DNA of 63,967 nt, counting the filler. It is 11 parts of 11 records of this genome, joined end to end, with 100 filler letters (N's around TTAATTAATTAA, not from the genome) between each part and the next. Parts side by side here need not be neighbours in the genome. Positions count along the whole stretch, not along the records: positions 46,807 to 59,907 come from SRR7504441_2888; positions 60,008 to 63,967 come from SRR7504441_2966; 9 more parts are not named here. The stretch is one strand, 5' to 3'. Below, piece after piece: positions 57,841 to 63,967 of the stretch. Each line of letters starts with the position of its first letter. Within the stretch, counting starts at the first letter, position 1. Under the pieces are notes generated by a model. It did not search any database. It saw only the letters and a program-made list of their open reading frames with translations, and was not told the DNA's origin. The position numbers were made by a program, and so were the translations under genes.

Positions 57841-58740
57841 ATGCCAGGGGGTGGATTGCTCGACAGAGATCCGGTGCGGTCCACGCCAGGGGTCGACTCG
57901 GTGCTCGCGGGGGTGCAGCGACTCCGGAAGCTGTGTCATGCCAGCGAGGACAGCGCGCACGTGCAGCAGAGCTGGCTGCTCACGTACATTACGATCCTTT
58001 TCGCGCTGGGGGCGCTGATATCTCTCGGGGTGAAGCTTACTGACAAGACAGTGCTCAAGACCGCGATCGGCAACTGGGGAGTCCGGGTCAAGAAGTTGGC
58101 CCGGACAGTGCAGGAGATCGAGCGCAAGACCTTCCACGCCGCCGGGCTGCTCGTGCCGCTGATTTTTAACTTGTTGCTCCAGCTCGGCTGGTCCGAGGTA
58201 CAGTGTGCGCTCATCTGCTGGTGCGTGACCGCGTCCGGGTGGGCGGCGGACCTAGCGCGGATCAATATACCGGTGGTGCGGGACAACTGGCCACTAGCGA
58301 GCATCCTGCGCGAGAAGGAGCAGCAGCAGCTCACCGGCGGCTGCTTCTTCAGCCTGGGGTGCACGCTGGCCATCAACCTCTTCTCGCCAGCCACCGCGAC
58401 GGCGGCCATTTCCTTCCTGGTGATTGGTGACATGTCGGCCGCGCTGATCGGAGTGGCGTTTGGTGGGGACGCGTGCATCGTGAAACTCGGCCGCGAGGGC
58501 AAGAAGAGTCTGGAGGGCTCTGTAGCCATGTTCTGCGCCTGCTTCATCACAGGGATGATTGTGTTCCATCAGGAGCCGCTGGCTGAGTATCCAGTCTTTC
58601 TAGGCTCGCTGGCGGCCACACTTGTCGAGCTCTGGGAGCCTTTTGCCATCAACGATAACCTGACTATACCACTGATGTCCGGCCTGGCGCTGCACTTTGG
58701 CTTTGCCAGGCTCGACTCCTTTGCGTTGGCAAGGGCGTGA
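57841..58740 (+). CDS. CTP-dependent lipid kinase (DGK1/phytol/dolichol kinase family)
   Basis: Motifs ERKTFHAAG, ILREKE, IGDMSAALIG..GKKSLEGS and INDNLTIP; multiple TM helices. Confidence 0.85.
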   Translation: MPGGGLLDRDPVRSTPGVDSVLAGVQRLRKLCHASEDSAHVQQSWLLTYITILFALGALISLGVKLTDKTVLKTAIGNWGVRVKKLARTVQEIERKTFHAAGLLVPLIFNLLLQLGWSEVQCALICWCVTASGWAADLARINIPVVRDNWPLASILREKEQQQLTGGCFFSLGCTLAINLFSPATATAAISFLVIGDMSAALIGVAFGGDACIVKLGREGKKSLEGSVAMFCACFITGMIVFHQEPLAEYPVFLGSLAATLVELWEPFAINDNLTIPLMSGLALHFGFARLDSFALARA

Positions 58741-59176
58741 GCGGAGCCAGTTCCAGCCGAGTGCATAACCGTTGAAGTATCGAGCAGGGCTGGGGCGTGC
58801 AGGCCTGGCCACCCTGCGCTGCAGCGGTGTTGACGGGCGGAGGTGTTGACGCTATAGCTGTACCATATAGCTGCACGCCTCGAAGCTCTACCTGGATGTG
58901 ATGGCGAGCGAGCATGCAATAATCAATGTTCGAGCCTTTTTATGCATGCATGCATGTTGATTAATCATTGACCATCTACGTACGAGCAGATTATCAAGTA
59001 GTCTTTTGTGCTGCAACTACCACTCATGAATAAAGCCCACGCCATTCGTCGCTCTTCCGGTCGCTTGCTGCAAGGTCATACTCAGGGCCCGTCTCCACCC
59101 GAACTGCAGGCCGGGACCGATCCGTTAGGAGTCTTCCGAAGTTCCGTCCCGGGGAGGCGACCGTGCTTGGTCGCCG

Positions 59177-59907
59177 ATGGGCAGCTGGGCCGGGGTGGCA
59201 CCTCTGGGCGAGGAGGCCGCGGTGCAGCTGCAGGCTGGGCTGCAGCTGCGGCAGGGCTCCTCGCTCCGGCTGATGCTGCAAGCCACGCAGCTCTTCCGCA
59301 GCGACGAGCATTTTCAAACGGTGGCACCCGGGGTCGCAGCGGTTTCGAGCAGGGCCGGCAGGTCGACCCGACCAAGGACTGGGGCAAGAACCTCAAGCTA
59401 GGGCGGTTGCTCTGGTACCTGGCCTTGCAGCCGGTGGGCGCGCAGGAGGTGTGGCCAGTCTGCCGGCGGCCCGGGATCCGGACCGCAGGTGTGCTGCGCG
59501 ATGCGCTGCGTCGTGGCCAACGCCAGCGCGCCCGGGCGGCTAATCATCGAGTATGTCGAGACCGCTGAAGAGCACCGCGGGCGCGGGTGACAACCAGGCT
59601 GGGACGCCGGGCGGAGCGGCGGGCAGGTACGCGCGGAGTCTTACCGACGAGGCGCTGCGTGTGGCCCGGGAGGCGGGTGCGGACGTCTATGTGGTGAGCC
59701 TGGAGGAGAGCGCGTCGTACTGGATGGGGCGTGGATTTATCCTGGAACAAGACCCGGTAAGCTATTCATGTGCTGGTGGCGGGACTGAGAAGCGACCGCA
59801 GGAGCTGAACGAGCTGTATAATCTGTATTCCGACACCCATCTGCTCAAACTGCCCTCCAACGCCACCGGCAGCGCCTGCTCACCCGCCGCCGCCGCCGCC
59901 GCCGCAC
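59177..59907 (+). CDS. GNAT-family acetyltransferase (4 introns; runs into the gap)
   Basis: The spliced product contains LIIEYVETAEEHRGRG|YARSL (motif A) and ASYWMGRGF. Confidence 0.7.
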
Positions 59908-60090
59908 NNNNNNNNNNNNNNNNNNNNNNNNNNNNNNNNNNNNNNNNNNNNTTAATTAATTAANNNNNNNNNNNNNNNNNNNNNNNNNNNNNNNNNNNNN
60001 NNNNNNNCGTTCAATGCTCTAAGAGTCTATGAAATTATGAGTCTAGATGCCAAACGCTTGCTATTGTTAGTGCGTCTTTAGAAGCCGCTG

Positions 60091-62137
60091 TCATGAGTTG
60101 TGACTGAAGATCCGGATCACCGACTCTACTTGCTGGCCGCAGAACGGGCACCTGCCCGGCCTATCAGCTTCGGTTTCCACTAGCATTCACCCGTCCTGCC
60201 CGTTTCTCCGATTATTGCCACATTCCTCACAGCAGCACCTGTTTGGGCTGAGTGCGGCTCAGGGGTGGGCTGCCTGTGTCCGCAGGGCATTACGATGCAA
60301 TTGATGTCAGCTCGCATGCAGCTGGAGCATCGGAGCTCCTGCTTGCGCCTGTGCAGCTCGCGCTCGAGCGCCTTGGGGCTGTCCGGGGTGGCCGGGTGCT
60401 CGCCCTGGCCTTGGTCGTCCAGTTGGACCCCCATGCTCCGGGCTAGCTCCCTGGCGGCCTCCATGTCATCCATGGCCACGGTGATGTGCCGCTCGACTGG
60501 TTCGCGGCAGATCGGGCAAGTGTCCATCGCGCACTCCTTGCAGGTGGCCAGGTGCCCGCACGGGATGGCCACAGTGTTGGACCGGGCCTCCATGCACACC
60601 ACGCACTCCTCTCGCTCGTCCAGACCGGCGAGCTCCTGCTTGATCTCTGTCGCTGATCGGACGGGCCGGGCCGACTCCGGAGCGCATCCGATCAGTTTGA
60701 GCACTTGCTCTAGCACCAGCTCCTGGTCCTGGCCCTGGGCGATCTGGTCGGCCAGCCCAGCCAGCAGCTGCTCCTCAAGCGGCTCGGCCCCATGGCACTC
60801 GACCTGCCCCGGCTCGGCCCGACCACCGCCCGCGCACCAGCTCGCGCAGCATGGTGATCGTGTCGCTCGGCGGCGGGCTGTCCATCTCTGCCTGCAGCTG
60901 GGCCGCCATCTGCTGGTCCCGTTCTATTGCCTCGAGACGCTCGCGCTCGGCCGCCAGCGGATTGCCAAACTGGGCCGGCGGGGGGGGTGGGCTGCTGGTG
61001 GTGAACTGAGTGAGCAGCTCGAGCGCCCTAGGCAGCATTAGGGTTAGGCTTAGGGTTAGGGCTAGGGTTGCCTGGGCAGCCCAGGCTCGCGGCCTGGTAG
61101 CAGCTCGAGCCGGGTGCCCTGGACCGACCGGAAGCCCATCGCGTCGAAGGTGGCCAGCCCGCCGTCGGCCGAGGCGAGCTGCTTGAAGTTTGGGTTCGAT
61201 AGCATGATCACCTGGGTTAGGGTTAGATCAGCTGCGAGCGTCACCAGATCGATCCGCACCTGGAACTTCTTATCGCCCGGATGCTTGAGCGAGTTGGTCA
61301 AGTACTTTTTGAGCAGCTCAAAGCACTTGCCCGCGTTGGCCGCCCGGCTCAGCCGCTGCAGCCCGTCGGCGAACTGCGGCTCATCGAGCTCGCCGGCCAT
61401 TCGTGGGGGAGCGCCCGACTGGAACTGGGGCTTGCCCTGCTGGAACTCGCCAAACTCTTGGCCCGGGCTTCGGACGGTGGGCTGCATCACCTGCCCGGCA
61501 GTCGGCCTGATGCTCCAGCCGCTGGGCACCGGGGCCGAGTTGTTGGACGGGCTGCTCAGCAGGTCGTCGAGCTGCTCGGCCCCGCGTCGCTGCTCGGCCT
61601 GTGCAATCGCCTGGATGGCCCGGCCCTCCACCGCCGCCTCGGTGGGCTCGGCCAGGCCCGCCGACACACTCGGCCGCTCTGGAGGCCGCAGCTGTGCGCT
61701 GGTCAGCTCCCGAAGAGTCCAGCCGGTCCGGCCGGTGGCTTTGCTCACGAAGTAGCTCTGACCGGTCTGCGGGTCGGCGCACCTGCCACCACTGGTTGGG
61801 CGGGGGCCGCGGGGGCAGTCGCTTTTCTATCCCGTCGTCTGGAAGCTGCCAGGCCGTCCGCTTCAGGTGGTGGTTGACAAAATAGGCCCGGCCTGCCGCT
61901 GGCTAGCACCGGGCCGGTCGGCGGGGGCGGCCTGTGCTCGGGTCGCTGAGCCGCTCCCAGTAGTCTGGGGCCTGCTCGGACTGGCTGCCCGGGTGCACCC
62001 ACGAAGTGGTCCTGGACAGGTTGTCCACGTAGTAAGTCCGGCCCGATCGCGAGTCCATCTGCCCTGGCGCTCAGCCGGACCAGCCGCCGACCCACCCGGG
62101 CTTCCCAACCCGCAGGCAGCGCCGGCTCCGAGGCCAT
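60091..62137 (-). CDS. 3xWW - PUB - 2xRING protein (putative E3 ligase), 8 introns of which 4 are GC-AG
   Basis: WW1 LPAGWEAR|MDSRSGRTYYVDNLSRTTSWVHP; WW2 YWERLSDPSTG|RAYFVNHHLKRTAW; WW3 EK|CADPQTGQSYFVSKATGRTGW; PUB LLKKYLTNSLKHPGDKKFQ|VIMLSNPNF..AMGF; RING1 CVVC..PCGH..CKEC..CPIC; RING2 CSSC..PCGHR|CCCEEC..G|CPFC. Confidence 0.85.
61028..61071 (-). other. GC-AG intron made of telomere-like (CCCTAA)n repeats
   Basis: Minus strand GCAACCCTAGCCCTAACCCTAAGCCTAACCCTAATGCTGCCTAG. Removing it restores the frame GLPR|ALELL. Confidence 0.85.
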
Positions 62138-62489
62138 CACGCCCGGAGCAGCACAGGCGCCGGTCGGCTCGACAAGGCCTGCTCCTTACAAAGGCACCGC
62201 GCCCGGGGCAGCCAGGCGCCGTCGGTCTCAAGGACACCAGGATACCAACAAGCCGTTGCCTTCATGACATCACAACCAGGTCAGGGACTAGTCAGGGACA
62301 TCAGGCCTACTACGGCAGGACTGCGCATACGGTCCTCATTCAAATGCAAAGAGTCACGCAATCTCGAGTACGTCATTAAACTTTAAAGGCTGCTTGCAAG
62401 AACGTTGCAAAGGTACGCATCTAGAGGCCCTGCCGCGAGTGATTCTGAGGCGCAAAAGTGGGTCACACTGAGTGGGCGCGGTCTAAGGC

Positions 62490-63536
62490 TCACTGCGGCG
62501 GCAAGATGGGCAGACGGCCGGGCCACTCGGTGATCTTTAGTCGAAGCACCCGGAGCATGCTCTGGTCCTGCTCCGACTGCTGCTCGCGCGGCTGGTGCGC
62601 CCATTGGACTGCGCAGTGCGGTGCACTCACGTCCTGCTCGGCCACCAGAGCCTGCACGATCGCCTGCCCGTTGGCGGCGCGCATCTTGTCCAGCAGCCTC
62701 GGTCGGAGGCTGACTTCGAACTGCTGTCCGTCCTCCAGCTCCAGGCTGATCTTTGCCAAGGATCGGCTATATGCTCCCGGCTCCGCATCCGGATCTAGAA
62801 TGAACGGGTACATTTTGAGCTCACAGTTGCCCTCTAGCACGCACTGGATGGCCATCAGCCTGGGAGGCTTCACCGCCACCTCATACAGGCACATCCACTG
62901 CTTCCTGCCGGCCGGTGAGCCAGCCAGCCAGGCTGGTTCAGGCTCACCCGTTGCCCAGATCCAGCTTGCGGGCTGACCACTGGTCGGATCGCACGCAGAT
63001 CTTCTCCACGGCCTTGCCGTGTGCGGTGCGCAGGTGACTGATTAGCTCCGAAGGCTTCAGCTGCTCGGTGCAGTGATCGTCCCACGGACAGCCGCAACGC
63101 CTGTGTTCGCACCTGCGGGCCGGCTCAGCCCCTGCGGACCCAGGCAGGGTATTACTCCTTCTCGTGTGCCAATCGGTCAGGGCCGGCCGCCTTGTGCTGG
63201 CAGCCGTGCTCGCGCCACTTGCACGGGAACTCCATCCCGGCGATCAGCTGCTCCATCGCCCGGTTCCTCACCGCGCCCACCACCTTGCGGCAGGACGGGC
63301 ACTTGTTGCGGGGCAGCCGGTCCTTGCACGGCCCGCACACCAAGTGGCCTGCCCATGGGCTCAGCCGCTGTCAACCAGCTGGTGGCACCCTCGGCACATT
63401 GGAAGATCTCGCAACTGAAAACCTCCAGGCACACGGGGCACTCGGCTAGCGACTCGTCGATGCTCCCTGAGATCATCCGGGACGGCGCCGGCCGCGGCCC
63501 CTCCGGCGACCGGTTCCGCTTCCCTCCGGCCGGCAT
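62490..63536 (-). CDS. SINA/SIAH-like RING E3 ligase with TRAF-type zinc fingers
   Basis: ECPVCLEVF..IFQCAEG|HLVCGPC..CPSCR..RNRAMEQL..FPCKWREHGC..HEKE|CEHRRCGCP..HLRTAH; three GT-AG introns of 40-44 nt. Confidence 0.85.
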
Positions 63537-63675
63537 ATCTAGCCCCAAGTCTGGTCTCCCCCTTGTCTCTTCGCCCTCGGACCCCCCGGAACCTTGGCGC
63601 AAGCCTCCCACACGTTTGTGTTCGTACAAACACACCTTCAAGCCGCGGCCAATAAACGTCAGCCCAACGGCATCG

Positions 63676-63967
63676 ATGCCTGCGGCGCTGCTGCCCTGGC
63701 AGGTGGGCTGCTGGGGGATCGTGTGCTTCTGCGGGTGTTTATGGGTGGCCAGAGGCACGGTCCCGCCCGCGAGCACGTCCACGGCCGATGCGTCTGGGAA
63801 GAAAGATCTGCGCAAGAACAAAATCCTCGCTCTGTTCTCGCGCCACTTCACCCACCATTCGACGAGGGTTCAGAAGAGGAGCAATCACAGGAGCCGCCAC
63901 AAGAGCCAACACCAACGGCACCAGTACCCGTCACTGACCGAGCAGTAGACCTGGATGGGATCAATGC
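63676..63967 (+). CDS. Possible start of an unknown gene (3'-partial)
   Basis: ATG, then CAG|GTGGG...CAG, then an open acidic/Pro-rich frame (PFDEGSEEEQSQEPPQEP) running to the window end. Confidence 0.3.

Noticed and set aside
5321-60007. Recurrent TTAATTAATTAA within N-runs as a biological repeat or CRISPR-like array
   Set aside because: It is an identical N44-12mer-N44 six-frame-stop linker added when contigs were concatenated.
61037-61070. A true chromosome end
   Set aside because: There are only five degenerate units, internal to a contig and inside a gene with coding exons on both sides.

Overview
This is eukaryotic nuclear DNA, probably from a unicellular protist. It is not one locus: 11 contigs are joined by ten artificial 100-nt linkers (N44-TTAATTAATTAA-N44), so adjacency across linkers is meaningless. 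The genome is compact and gene-dense. About 27 genes can be rebuilt by hand from roughly 60 very short spliceosomal introns (34-56 nt). About 10 of these introns are GC-AG, and many have G-runs where a polypyrimidine tract is expected. Recognisable products include an RNF213-like RZ-finger protein, an Sfi1-repeat/PX protein, a DUF3638/DUF3645 helicase-like protein, WDR36/Utp21, a PAP2 phosphatase-sugar porter fusion, esterases, a cryptochrome/photolyase, a Sec14 protein, an arylsulfatase, GH3 and GH2 glycosidases, an MTA/SAH nucleosidase, a PhyH-like dioxygenase, an EF-hand/zeta-toxin-type kinase, a CTP-dependent lipid kinase, a GNAT, a 3xWW-PUB-2xRING protein and a SINA-like E3. The most interesting signals are four. 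(1) An intron made almost entirely of TTAGGG telomere repeats and flanked by a 10-nt direct repeat, a candidate for intron gain by break repair with telomeric filler; two other introns also carry telomeric units. (2) A YAACGG (Myb-type) motif about 42-53 nt upstream of many start codons, often in very short head-to-head promoters. (3) The unusual splice signals. (4) Several unusual domain fusions. All splice models and family calls come from manual reading; no searches were run.
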